64,000 nucleotides of DNA from the human T2T-CHM13v2.0 reference genome, Homo sapiens: the NCBI RefSeq assembly GCF_009914755.1, contig NC_060939.1. The stretch is one strand, 5' to 3'. Position numbers and translations under genes: made by a program. Below the pieces are notes generated by a model, which was given only the letters and a program-made list of their open reading frames with translations, made no database searches and was not told the origin of the DNA. This document shows, one piece after another, positions 1-15,249 of the stretch (the first letter of the stretch is position 1; each line of letters starts with the position of its first letter).

Positions 1-1210
<1,210 letters not shown>

Positions 1211-1211
1211 C

Positions 1212-1790
1212 ATTCATTCACTCAACAAATATTTATCGAGCACCTCTTCTGTGCCAGACAAGTTTACACATGGGACACAGCAGTGAACAAGACAAAGGAC
1301 AAAGGTCCCTGCCCCAAGGAGCTTACATTCTATTGGAGAGGGGCAAACAATAAACAAGTAAATTATGAAGTATTTTAGACGGTGATAAGTACTACTGGCA
1401 AAAAAGAAAAAGAAGAGTTAAGTAAGGCGATCAGGAGTGAGGCATGGGGAGCTCAGGGGCTGGGGAGGTCTCATCAGGAAGGAGACATTTGAGCAAAGCT
1501 TTGAACAGATTCAGGTAGTTGACCACACAGAGCAGGGGAAATTGCCATGGTGCGGCGGAGGGGCAGGAGAAGGCCAAGTTGGCTAGAACAGAAAGAGCAA
1601 GGGACCAAGTGGTGAGGACCCTGGAGGCCTTGAACAGGACTTTGGCTTTTAACCTGAGAACCATTGCAGAGCTTTAAGGAGAAGAGTGAAATTTTGACTT
1701 ATGTCTCAAAAAGGATCATTCTGGCTACCATCTTGAGAGCAGACTTTTGGGGTACAAAGGTAGGAGCAAATAGACCATTTAGGAGGTCAG
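1212..1790 (-). mobile_element. L2 3' fragment
   Basis: ATTCATTCACTCAACAAATATTTATCGAGCACC is the hallmark L2 3' end in reverse orientation. Confidence 0.75.
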
Positions 1791-2596
1791 CAAACACATG
1801 GCAACATGTTCACTCTCACGGGTAACCAAAAAAATGCAACTAAAAAAATGTATTCACCTGTTTTTAACCTATCCAATTTTTAATGTTCTTTTAGAAAACA
1901 GTACTCAGTATCAGTAAGGGTGAATTACCTTCGGGCAGGTAAATGGGAACCACCTTTCTGGGACCAGCTGGGTATTCTGTGCCAAAGCCTCAAAAACACT
2001 CAAACCCTTTCACCAGAAATCCAACTTCTAATAAATTAATCTAAAGGTCTAATAATCGCCAGTACTTATTGAGTGCTTGTATGCACCAGGCTCTGAACTA
2101 AACGCGCTCCATATTACCCCCATTTAAATTCTTACCATTATTCCTGTCTTACAGAAAGAAAAAAGGCATGGTGAGTCACACAGTTCACAAATGAGGGCTA
2201 GAACCAAACCCAGGCACTGTGACCTGCTACACAGGAGAGGCAGATATGAAGATTTCTTCAAGGGTGCTTATTACAGCATCATTTATAATAGCAAATAAAG
2301 TACCCAAAAAAATCAACAAAGGAGGTGATTCATTCAGTTATGATTTGTCCACATAAGTCAGTCATTAAAAATCTGGTTAAAGAAAACTCGTTTCCGATCC
2401 AGCCAGGTGCTGAGACAGGCAGAACTTTCCAGAGCTTCTCCTTGGAAGCTGCCAGCTGCTGTGATGTCCTATTTCTTGATCCAGGTGGTAATCCAGAGGT
2501 GTGCTCACGTTGGGATCATTCATCAAGTGGTACACTTAGGATTTGTGGACTTTTGTGTGTGTGTATGCTATACTCATGTTTTTAAAAGTTATTTTT

Positions 2597-2894
<298 letters not shown>

Positions 2895-3749
2895 TTATTT
2901 TAAAAAATTTAAGTTGCCAGGTGTTTCTCCTCCTACAGGGACACAAGAAGGCTGTGGAGCAGGATTCTTGGGCCAGGGATGAGGCCCTAGTTATGTAGAC
3001 CCAAGGCTGGTAGCCACCACTTGCTCCACGTGGAAATGGCTCTCAAGATTCTGTGGTCTGAGAAAGCCTGGTCCTTCCCATACTGCAGGAAGGAAATGCT
3101 ATGCAGGAAGCGGCTGGCCTCCTGGGCAGATAGAAATGAAGGTACTCCCCGACCCCACACCCTACCTTCCCATTCCAACCAGTGGGTTGACATTTCCACC
3201 TCTAAGTGAAACTGGCAATCTGACTGCAGGCCCAGGATCCAGGTCCAGTCCTGAGGGAGACAAGGTCCTAACAGGGGAGGGACCCACCGCTCCGGAACAG
3301 AGAGGGTATCTTGCGGAGTGGGGGACAAAGTCTTGACCTCCTCTTCATCCAGGCAGGCAGGAGCTCCTGTGATCAATATGAATATTGAAACGGCAGTTAC
3401 CTTGAGACAAGGAAATGTTCATCAACTGTTATTACACAAACAAAGCAGCTTGTAAAATGACATAGGCACTATGATCCTAATTGTTTTTTTAAATGAGTGG
3501 GGGGGTGGAGCCTAAAACAATGGTTTTTCTCTAGGTTACAGAATGAATTACTTTTTCTTTTTTACTCTGTATTCTAAATTTCCTATAATTGACCTATTTC
3601 TTTTGTAATCTGAGATTAAAAATTGTATTACAAAAAAACTTAAGGGAGAGATTGCTGATATCTCATCTTTCATCACCCTGTGGCCCTTTCCTTTCCAGAA
3701 CCCAGCTGGGCAAAACTAGTCTCCACTGGCCCCAAGGGCCTGCTCCTTC

Positions 3750-4690
<941 letters not shown>

Positions 4691-5299
4691 CTTCCATCAC
4701 CACATCCAGTCTCACCCCACACCACCTCCCCTTCTCCAGCTCCACTACCAACCCCCACCAGGGGGAAATGAGTAAACTGCATGAGCTCTGAGAAAGCAGA
4801 AAAAAAGCCACCTCATGAAGGTGAACCAAGGACTGAGTCGCTGACAGACAGAGATGGATGGGTAAATGGGCGGACAGACAGACAGACATGGAGACTGAAA
4901 TAGAAATGCCTCCCAAAGGTCACAGAGAGTCAGTGCCACGTCTTCACCTCCACCCAGGACTATCACTTATACACCCCCACCAGCCTGGGCACCCACTGGA
5001 AACTTGGCAGGTCTGGCTGCTCTCTGTGATGACTGCAGTCAGCACAGGGCCTGGTATTCCACAGATACCCAGGGAACATGCTGAGTGAGTGAGTGAGTGA
5101 GTGGATGAATGAAGGAATCGTTCATTGGTAGAAGCATCAGCAGATAGAGATGACAGGAGGGAGTGTGAAAGAGAGTTGAGGAAGAACAGAAACAGATGGA
5201 GACAGATGGAGGCTGCAAGTCACAGACTTGGCCACAGATAGAAAATGAACGAATAAGGTGGAGGGAGGTTACTGCAGAAAATTTAAAAGCTATAGAAAG

Positions 5300-5440
5300 C
5301 CGGTCGTGGTCATGTGCACCTGTAGTCCCAGAGGCTGAGGCAGGAGGATGGCTTGAGCCCAGGAGTTCAAGGCTGCTGTGAATCCACTGCACTCCAGCCT
5401 GGGGAACATAGCAAGACTATGCTTTTTTAAAAAAAAACAA
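5300..5440 (+). mobile_element. Alu monomer (FLAM/FRAM-like)
   Basis: Single degenerate Alu arm: GAGGCTGAGGCAGGAGGATGGCTTGAGCCCAGGAG. Confidence 0.8.
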
Positions 5441-8400
5441 AAACAAACAAAGAAAAAGCTAGAGAAACCCAGAGAGATCCCAGTGAAAGTTAAATTTACA
5501 GACAAAAAGAAAAGGAGAGAGAGAGCACAAGCCCTCCCTTAACTTGTCAGGATGTTAGCAGAGAGAACCAGGGGTTCCTGCCTTAGTTTCCCTCCTAGAT
5601 TTGCAGGTCTCTGCTGGACTGTGTCCCAAGGGCCTGGCGCCCTGCTTGGTTTTGTCAGTTCTCTCCCTCGGGCAGGGGACAGTTTCCTCTTACCCCCACA
5701 GCATGCCAGCTCAGGGCCCTCCCACCCAGAAGGCCCCAGACAACTATGCAGAATCCCCCCGCCAAGGCAGGTCCCTGGGAGAAGATCTCTCTCCCCAGCT
5801 GGTCCTCATTCCTGCAATGACAATCGGCTCCTGTCTCCACTGGCTCTGGGCTCAGGGCCCCCGGGTTGGATAGGGGTTGGGGCTGGAGGTGGAGGTAGAG
5901 ACAGGAGCCTGCTTGCCCCAGACTCTGGGGAGGGGTGAAAGTCAGAGAGGGGAGAAGCTCTAAGGGGCTGAGGCGGCTTCCCGCCTCCACAGAGCCCAAC
6001 CTGAATGCCCAGAGTACTGTATCAGCTTGGTTATTTCCAAATCCCCTGGGAGCCGTAGGGGAGGGGACCCAGAGAGCTGGGAGGAAAACCGACTGGGAAG
6101 TAGCCAGAGCCACAGAATTCTCCTGGGTCCTAGAGAAGGGTGGGTTCCTTCCACCCCCAACCCCATTAGTCCCTCGAAAAGGCTCTGACCTCACCTCCCC
6201 CACTTCCGGAGTGGAGTTCCAGCCCTGAAGAAACACTTCCAAACCCATGGCTCTGGCCCCCTCCTCAGGCCCCCTCCTCGGCTACCTCGGCCCTGGGGAC
6301 TGGGTCCCCCACCCCACCGTTGCGCCAGATGTGGCTGCAGGGGAGGGGTAGGCACGGGGCCCAGCTGGCAGTGGTCACTCGGTGGTCCTCTCCCTGCAGA
6401 GTCAGCACTTTCTGTGCCAGCTCGCCCAGCCTCCTCACTCAGCACTTCCTCCAGCCCGCTTTCCAGAGGCAGCAGCTGCCTGGGTTGGGTCTTGGATTCC
6501 CAGTGCTGCCCCAAACCCATCTACAGCGCAGCCTGGAAGATGGAGGGTTTGGGTGCTCTGGGGCCTTCCCTCTTGGCATCCCCACTATCACAGAAAATTC
6601 CGACCCACCATGGGCCTCCTAGTACGTCCCTCTGCAAAGCAAGGGAGGAATCCCACAGCTCCTGACCCCTCTCTGCTCCCCAGACCCGCTGCTGGTCAGG
6701 CCTGCTGCTTCCTGGTTCCCCCATGGACTTTCCAGAACTCAGCCTTCCATGACAGGGTCACAGGACCCTGGCTGCTCCGTGGGAGCCCCGGCAACACAGA
6801 GCTGAGCACGTGGCAGGGGCTTAATAAAGTCATGCGCAATCAACAGGCTCTTTCATCCTTCTATCACCACCCCTCCGAGGGTCCCTTGACACCGGTTCCT
6901 AGTGCCAGGAACTGGCAACAAGCTTCAAGCACATGCCTGGGTCTTAAAAATGTGGGTGTGAATCCCAGCCTGCAGGGACAGGCGGAGAGAGAAGCTGCCC
7001 TTCACCCCAGACAGCTCTGGCTCAGCTCAGCCTTCGAGTCCACGCCCTCATTTGACCCCAGCTCTGCACCCTCCATAACCTGCCCAGGTCTCTTTTAGGA
7101 CCCCACCCTGCAGGTTTCAACCTAAGGATGCCAGGACACCTCCAGCCACCAAGGCAAGGCCTTGCCCAGCATGAGGAGAGGTGATGGAAGGCAGGCTCCC
7201 CTGGGCTCACAGAACTGCTGGGCCTGTCAGCCACTGCAGGAGACCTAAACCCAAGTAGAATGAGGTCAGAAGGAGGGAGTAGAGAGGAAGGGAGAGGACA
7301 GCTCTGGTGGAGGGGCCACCTCTGGCCCCCCTGCACAAGGTTCACCCTGAGCAAGGAAAGATGCTGAAGACAGATAAAAACAGGAAAGACAGAGGAAGTG
7401 GGAGTGGGGGTCAACCCCAAGAGATAAACCCCTCCCTTCTCTCACAAGTCAAGAGGAAAGAAGGAAAATAGTGGCCACATGTCTGGCTCTGTGCTGGGGA
7501 CTTTTCATAATCCTCTCATTCCATCCTCTCAAATATGCCACAAGAAAGGTATGATTACCCCCAGGTCACAGACGGGACTCTGAAGCTCTGAGAGCTTAAA
7601 AAGCTTCCCTGGGGAGTGGCTGGGCCAGGCCAGGTCCCTAGCTCAAGTCATGGTGTGGACCCCCAGGTCTCCATCTCAGCAGGGATGGCTGGCAGGAGCG
7701 CAGTCCTGGCCAGGGGAGTCTGTGCAGAGGCCCAGGCTATGTTCAGAGCAGAGTTTATTCAAATAGAGCCTAACAGGAAACTTGGCTCCTCTGACTCACT
7801 CTGATTCGACCTTATTAAGAAAAAAAGAGAGAGGAGCAGGAGCCAGCATCGGGTAAGGTTTCACGCCAAGAGCTGGCTCTGAGGCCCGCTGAGTGGAATG
7901 GCATGTGCCCTGATCCCCCCACATCCAAAGCCTTGAGGCAGCCCCTGCCCTGCTGTCCGAGTCAAGGCGAGGGGTCCTGCCTTCACGTTAGGGCAACTGA
8001 GTTCCCTTCCTCACAGCCATCCTCTGTCCTCCCTCCACTCCTCTTCCCTTCCCTCCCTGCCTAGGGGTACCCTGAGGCCTGTTTCCATTTCTCCCCCTCC
8101 TCTGCTGCAGCAGCTGCCCATCTGGCTGGCGGGAGGGCCCTACAGGACCCCAGGGATTCCAAGCAGCTGAGGCCAACACTGCAGGGGGCAAGCAGGAGGG
8201 AGGGAAGGCTTAACCCTCCAGGTCCCGGCCCTCAGTAAGCCCTGCCTCAGCATCTTGCTTGGTGTCAGTCACACCAGTGGCTCTTTGGAGGAATCTTGTC
8301 TGGAGTCTGAGATGGAAACCCCATGCTGGGGAGCTGAGGTGTCAGCGTTGACAAGTTGCTGGCCAGGAGGTATTGGAAGCCCCCTACCTCTGGGCTGGAT

Positions 8401-9499
8401 TCTGGGCATTTAAAGGGTAGAGACATGCTGGAGTCCAAGCCTCAGTCCTGAAGAACAGTGCAATGGGTGAACAAATGCTGCCTGGCAAGGATGGGGTTGG
8501 GAGGTCTATAGTTCCCAAAGAATGTCCACTCTAGTTGCCTCCTCTCTAGGTGGGCTCCAGGCATTTCCAAAATAAAGAATATACAGGAGCCAAATTAAGG
8601 ACAGGTCCTTCATACCTTGTTTATAAGCCCAAGAGGGCAATTTCTGCCCTTCGGTTCCCAGGAACACGGTTGGAGAAGGCAGCCCAGGGGAGGCCAGAAG
8701 AGCAGTATTTGGAGTGTGATTTCTTGGATGCCAAAGCGTTCAAACTTCTGGGACCCCCTCCTATCCCTGCCATTCCCAGAAGGAACAGAGAATCTCCCAA
8801 AGCACTCTCAGGAGCCATCTGGCCTAATCTTCCATTGGTAAGCTGTGGCACCTGGATCAGATAGAGTAAGGGACTAAGCCACACAGCAACAGGACCAGGC
8901 CAGGTCTCCGGAACCCCCTTCTGTTGTTCAATGCTTACTGGCTTCTCTGCCTCACAGTGACCCCTGTCCCATATCAAAGACAGCCCCCAGTTTCATTTTA
9001 TCCATGTGTACACTCAAGTTATTCCCAGGCTATGCAGAGCCAAGAGATGTAGGACAGAAACCATACGTGATGTCTGGGAAGTTGATCTCTCCCAGGATCT
9101 CACAAGTGCTTTTCAGCTCAGGGATACACCCCACTCTTCAGACTGGGAAAGTAAGCCCCTGAGGTGTGCCACGAGGGAAAAGCTGCAGCTCCAGTGCCTC
9201 TCTTCGCAGGCCCAAGAGCTGCGGTGCACCTGGGACCTGGAATTAGAGAGTGGTCCCTGTTCAGCATCTCCCCGAGGAGGCCCACCAACAAAGAGGGTGT
9301 GTCTTTTTTTTTTTTTTCTTCCTATTGAGGGTGTGGGATAATGGTGGAAGGAACATGCAAAGAGGGTGTGTCTTAATTAGCACTGGCTTTAGGGAACAAG
9401 GAAAAGGGAGAACCCGGGAGTACGGGAAGGAGGCTGGGGCAGACAGGAGTCAGAGGCCCATTCCAGCCCAAACGAGAAGCCAGTGAGCAAGGTGGAGAC

Positions 9500-11430
9500 C
9501 AGGGATGCTGTGACCAAAGCAGAGAGGAATGGGCGGGGTGGTGCTGACACCCCAGCCCCGTTCTGCCTGCCAGAGCCCCACTTACCAGGCCCGAGTCCCC
9601 AGAGGTCCCCTCCTACTCCCTGCTCGATTCCCTTCCTCAGAGGCAGGTCTGTGGCTTGGCTGGGAACTCCAGGGACTGAGGGAGCACTGCAGCTGTGGGA
9701 CCGGCGCATAGCTAAAAGCCGGCGGGCCATAGGGCCCCGCGGAGGAGGCCCCAGCAGGCGGACCAGGAGGCCGAAGCCTCCCGACGCTCCCAGCCTGTTG
9801 CTTATTCATTCAGAGTGGGAAAGCGCCAGCCGAGCGGCCAGCCAGTGCGGGGCTGGCCATGTAAGGCCCACAGGCGGTCCTGCCCGCCCGGTGCCCTGCG
9901 GAGAGCCTCGTGCAGCCCTGGGCACCGCCCCTGCCCTGCCCTGACCCCTTGGCCTTGAAATGCTGTCATCGGAGGAGCCGTCCCGCTCGGGACAAGGCCA
10001 GCATGGACAAAGCTAGAGCTGGGGCAAGCAAGGAGCCTTCCTGTCCTCGAGGCCGTGGGAAGAGAAGCACGCCCAGGGGGCCACTCCTGAGAGCCTCTCT
10101 GTCCACCAGGCCTCTGCAGAGGGGTCACCATGGCTCTGGCCCGAGGCAGCCGGCAGCTGGGGGCCCTGGTGTGGGGCGCCTGCCTGTGCGTGCTGGTGCA
10201 CGGGCAGCAGGCGCAGCCCGGGCAGGGCTCGGACCCCGCCCGCTGGCGGCAGCTGATCCAGTGGGAGAACAACGGGCAGGTGTACAGCTTGCTCAACTCG
10301 GGCTCAGAGTACGTGCCGGCCGGACCTCAGCGCTCCGAGAGTAGCTCCCGGGTGCTGCTGGCCGGCGCGCCCCAGGCCCAGCAGCGGCGCAGCCACGGGA
10401 GCCCCCGGCGTCGGCAGGCGCCGTCCCTGCCCCTGCCGGGGCGCGTGGGCTCGGACACCGTGCGCGGCCAGGCGCGGCACCCATTCGGCTTTGGCCAGGT
10501 GCCCGACAACTGGCGCGAGGTGGCCGTCGGGGACAGCACGGGCATGGCCCTGGCCCGCACCTCCGTCTCCCAGCAACGGCACGGGGGCTCCGCCTCCTCG
10601 GTCTCGGCTTCGGCCTTCGCCAGCACCTACCGCCAGCAGCCCTCCTACCCGCAGCAGTTCCCCTACCCGCAGGCGCCCTTCGTCAGCCAGTACGAGAACT
10701 ACGACCCCGCGTCGCGGACCTACGACCAGGGTTTCGTGTACTACCGGCCCGCGGGCGGCGGCGTGGGCGCGGGGGCGGCGGCCGTGGCCTCGGCGGGGGT
10801 CATCTACCCCTACCAGCCCCGGGCGCGCTACGAGGAGTACGGCGGCGGCGAAGAGCTGCCCGAGTACCCGCCTCAGGGCTTCTACCCGGCCCCCGAGAGG
10901 CCCTACGTGCCGCCGCCGCCGCCGCCCCCCGACGGCCTGGACCGCCGCTACTCGCACAGTCTGTACAGCGAGGGCACCCCCGGCTTCGAGCAGGCCTACC
11001 CTGACCCCGGTCCCGAGGCGGCGCAGGCCCATGGCGGAGACCCACGCCTGGGCTGGTACCCGCCCTACGCCAACCCGCCGCCCGAGGCGTACGGGCCGCC
11101 GCGCGCGCTGGAGCCGCCCTACCTGCCGGTGCGCAGCTCCGACACGCCCCCGCCGGGTGGGGAGCGGAACGGCGCGCAGCAGGGCCGCCTCAGCGTGGGC
11201 AGCGTGTACCGGCCCAACCAGAACGGCCGCGGTGAGTACGGCCCCGGCGCCCCTCCGGCCGCGCGTACCCCTGGCCACTGGAAACTGCTCCGGGCCCCCC
11301 GGGCCCCTCCTTAGAACTTCCTGGAGGCCTCCCCGGAGCTGCTAAGCACGGAGCAGCGCCCCCTCCCGACTTCCCCCGACCCAGCCAACAGCACCCCCCT
11401 GGCATCTCACCTCCCAGCTTAACCCGCACC
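9500..11430. promoter_or_regulatory. CpG-island TATA-less promoter and exon 1 of LOXL1; candidate TSS/Inr near 9808
   Basis: Very high GC and CpG density from about 9.7 to 11.4 kb; GC box GGGCGGGG at 9531; Inr-like TTCATT at 9805-9810. TSS position is an inference consistent with a recalled 5' UTR of about 320 nt. Confidence 0.8.
10130..11231 (+). CDS. LOXL1: LOXL1 exon 1 coding part: signal peptide, propeptide and Pro/Tyr-rich region (codons 1-367 + 1 nt)
   Basis: [29 protein letters not shown]...[18 protein letters not shown] is typical of the LOX/LOXL1 N-terminus; Kozak CACCATGG; donor G|GTGAGT at 11231/11232; 1102 nt, phase 1. Confidence 0.98.
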
Positions 11431-11823
11431 CAGGCATCATCAGTGCCAGGGGTTGGCCAGGCAGGTGTGGGCTCTGATCCTGGCTTTGGTGGAGGGACTA
11501 GCCGAGCTTTGGGAGGAGGCTCGCCTTCTGCACTTGGCTTGGGTCATCTGAGGACAAAAGGAAGGAGCCCCTCATCCACCTTCTCCCTCATTTCAATGAG
11601 GGCATCTCCTTCCCCCCTTAGAGATGTTCTATGCCAGCTCACAGGGTGAGGCAAGGAGCATCAGAAACCTGAGTCTTCAGGGCCAGAAAGGCCTTAAGGG
11701 ATGCCCCTGGAGGTGTGGCAGGCTGCCCATTACTGGGCATGTGTGAGGTTGGCTTGAGTGCGCAGGAGGTTAGAGGGGAGCGTGTGCTCCAGGCAGGAGT
11801 CCGGACTTCCTCAGGGGAGTCTG

Positions 11824-12263
11824 CAAGGCTGGGGCAAGAGAGACCAGTCAGGCACTGGCCTGGGTGCAGAATTTCAGGGGCTACCAAAAAACACAGTAGT
11901 TGAGATGAGTAATATTGAGATGTATTTTTTTAAGTCAAAATTAATGCAAAAAAAAAAAAAAAACCTGTGATAAAGGAAATATCCAGATTTTAAATAGAGT
12001 CAGTAATAGTGGTATGCCGAGCCATATTGGAGCCTGAGGCTAACTGAAAAATCAGCAACACGGATCCTGTCTTTATTTGATATTTGGATATTTTGTTCAT
12101 TACAGATAGTTTTGCATTAATTTTTATTTTAAAAACTATTGTGTTAAATATTACTTATCTCCGTTACTGAGTTTTTTTGGCACCCCCTAAAATTTTGCAC
12201 CCCGAGGAAAAAAAAAAAAAACACCTCACTGGCCTCATTCCCCTCACCCTAGTCCTGGCCCTG
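11824..12263. mobile_element. Non-autonomous DNA transposon/MITE (hAT-Tip100 type, MER96B-like; subfamily uncertain)
   Basis: Inverted arms at 11862-11897 and 12166-12202 around an AT-rich core; GGCCCTG terminus. Confidence 0.55.
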
Positions 12264-15249
12264 GCGGAGAGCCCCAGCTGTGGACAGGACTCCCTCTGGC
12301 TTTTCAGGGGGTGAACATACGTCCTCCTCTTGGGAAGGCCCAAGCCCTCTGCACATGAGGACACAGTGGAAAGGCAGCTTCCACACATGCTGTTAGCAGA
12401 CAGGGCTACTGTGACAAGGGCTGACTGGTGGGTGTGGCCAGTGCTGGACGGCCATCAGCCATTCTCTGCTGTCCTAGAATCCCCCTCCCTGCTACCCTCT
12501 CCATACAGGCAGCTTTTGGGCCAAGGTTTTCTACTCAGTCCCCAATACTTATGCAGTCCAACTCTGCCTTGCCTCTTTCAAGCTGTCGTCAGTTTCCTCT
12601 ACCCATAATTCTCTGCTCCCCATTGAGGTTGCTGTGCCTGGCCCACCAAGTAAGGGCTGACTGAGCCCTCCAGTGCCTCAGAGTATAGGTGCTAGTGCCC
12701 CAGCCTCCTCCTCAGCCTCTGTCAGCAGAGGGATGATGCTTTGTCTCCAGCCAAGCTGACCTCAGTGAGGGGCTGCTGCTCATGGGGTGCCTGTCTCCCT
12801 GGGTACTGCTGGAGGCCAAGACTAGGGGAGAGGAGCGTCTCCACTGGGAACACTCACTCTATCACATCCAAGGTGTCGCTTTTGAGTTGTGTGCTGAATC
12901 CCACTTTAAGAACCTGCAGGAGCTCAGGAAAAATCAGATGGCAGGTCCTTCTGTGGTGTGATGAAGGATGCATCCACCTGCTCTGGTCCTTACCAGGTAC
13001 TTGCAGCATCCCTGCAGAAGGGCGCATTATAGCCATGCATCAGCTGCTCTAGGGCCCCTTGGAGAATAGGATGTTTTACCTAGAGGGTGCTAAACTTTTG
13101 CAGTGGCTTTTCTTAGAATGCAAGACCTCAGCATGAGGCTCAGCCTGATGGGCCCCACCTCTGGGCAGAGAAAACTGAGCTCTCAAATGCCACAATACTG
13201 GCAGAGGCATGCCTGGGACTTGGCATCTGGGCACCAAGTCAGTGGGTCTTCTAGGGCCTGTCTTTGGGCTGTTAGTTCTTAAGGAAGCCAGTTGATTGAG
13301 AGGGGAATGGGACAGGGCAAGGCCATGTCTGAAGTGGGGGTGCTTGGTGCTTAGCAGACCTCTGGCCACTACCCTGAGCCCCACAGTTCATTTTGGGTCA
13401 AAAACATTTCTCCCCTGAAGGTAGCATCCTAGGTGCCAAGCTGAGTGTACTCACATGCATCAAGTCCAGGCCCTTCCCTGGGGCAGTCTACCAGGAGGGG
13501 CATCTCAGTGCTGTGATTAGGCAAGCATTGGTGGGGCCAGGGGCTTTGTGAGCCCAGAGGAGGGCCCTCCCTGTCAGGGGCTAGGGCTCAGGGAGACTTC
13601 CACAGGAAGCAATGTCTAAGCATTGCTGCAAGGGATGGTCATCAGCACCATCCAGGTGCCCCTTCCCCTAATCATTGAGGGTGTGGGGTGGGAGTGTGTT
13701 TTTTGCTGGGGAGGGGATTGCAGGCTAGTTTAGGGCTCACAAAGAGGCCAGAGAGGGAGCAGTAGTCTCTCCCATCATTGGTTCCTCCCTCCCCACCCTG
13801 CTAGGCCAGACCGTGGAAAATCCCAGCCCAGGGAAGGCCAAGCCTTGTGCTTGAGATCAGACCCCCAGGCCTGGTGTGGGAGCCCAAGGCGGATTCTCCG
13901 AGACTGACTTCATTCCTCCTGGCCACACACCCAGGGGTCTGAGGCTGGGCGCTGGCAGCCTGTGAGTGTGTGTGGGCGTGGACGTGTCCTCACAACACCA
14001 AGCACATGTGAGCACCACCCACCTCCCTCCATGGGTGGGTGGTTTCCAAGCGCCTGTCCTGAGCCCAGTTTCTTCCTCGGGTACCTGTGCCCTCTTCCTT
14101 CCTACCCTGGGCACTGAGACTGCCCAAGGCTTCCTGCAGTACCATTCTCTCCAACTCTGAAACATGAAACTGAAAAGAAACTAGAGGAAACAGAGGCCCA
14201 GAGAGGGTCACATACTTTGCCTGGCTCTCATAGCAAATCCTTGAAGAGAGGCCTGGAGGGTGGCCAGCCACTTCCCAGGCCCAGCTGGGTCTCCTGCACT
14301 GTGTCGGCTCCCTCGATGTGACCACTCCTGCTATTACCAACCAGGCCCTCCTCTCCTGGGATCCTCGCCTCAGCTCCTGCCTCCCTGGAGTTTCAGCTTG
14401 TCTGAGCTGGGGGTCTTAGTGCCACGTAAGAAGCCCCACAGCCCCAGAAGACCAAAGCTCCCCTCCCAAGGCCTTACCCTCGCACCCCCCGCCTGACTCT
14501 GGCAATCCTGTGAAAGGAACATGGAACAGGCAGCCCTGGGCATCCTCCCAGGGCATCTCGGATGGCTGTGCTAGCCTTGCCTGACGTGTGTCCTCTATCC
14601 CTGACTTCTATCCCTGGCCAATCAGAGGCCAGGAGAGAACCGCAGCTGCCTCCTCCCTGGTCCCTTGCTCCCAGTCTCTCCCTCTTCAGTCTGTCCTGCA
14701 TGTGGGGCAGATAAACCCCTGCAGTCTGACCAGGTTACTCCTCTGCTCAAGAAGATTGTGTAGCTCCTCAGGGCCTTTAGGACAAAATCTAGTGTCTCAG
14801 CCCAGCACTCCAGAGTTAGAGGCACCTCCTTCCTGTCCTTTCTTCCTCCTTTTCTCAAGCCTCCACAGCCCCCATGGGACCATGCTGCTCGTGGGCCTAG
14901 ATGTTACACCTCCCTAGACACATGCAAGGGTGTTTCTAGGGTACCTCCTTCTCTGTCCAGCCTCCTGCACCCAAGAGGCCAGACCTGTCTGGACCCTCAG
15001 TCCCTGAGAGCAGCCCTGGCTGCCTGCTACCACCTCTCCTGCCTGAGCCCCTAGCTCACCTGGGCCTGCTCCACCCCACCTCCACAGGCTGCCTGCCCAC
15101 CTCTGCCCTCCAGGTCACTCGCCTTCCCCTGCAGAGTTTGGAGTAGATGCAGGGAAGGACCAAAGCAGGCTTCACCCAACAAGCTTCCAGAGTTAGAGCC
15201 CAGAGGCAGGGATAATAATACCAACTTGGCCATTTGCTGAAGACCACTT

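Noticed and set aside
5552-7420. Cluster of 100-240 aa ORFs upstream of LOXL1
   Set aside because: Overlapping on both strands in GC-rich DNA, mostly non-ATG starts, no domain similarity or coherent exon structure
10304-11278. 324-aa minus-strand ORF overlapping exon 1
   Set aside because: Non-ATG start; expected antisense shadow of a very GC-rich CDS; low-complexity Ala/Gly/Arg/Val content with no recognisable domain
11232-11314. C-terminal tail of the 394-aa ORF
   Set aside because: Read-through past the exon 1 donor into intron 1; the same applies to the tails of ORFs 30426-30782 and 31138-31689
10491-11345. 284-aa alternative-frame ORF in exon 1
   Set aside because: TTG start; Arg/Pro/Thr-rich shadow frame caused by stop-codon scarcity in the CpG island
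13191-13200. Possible site of the intronic risk SNP rs2165241 (AATACT/AATATT)
   Set aside because: Position recalled only approximately; cannot be assigned without alignment
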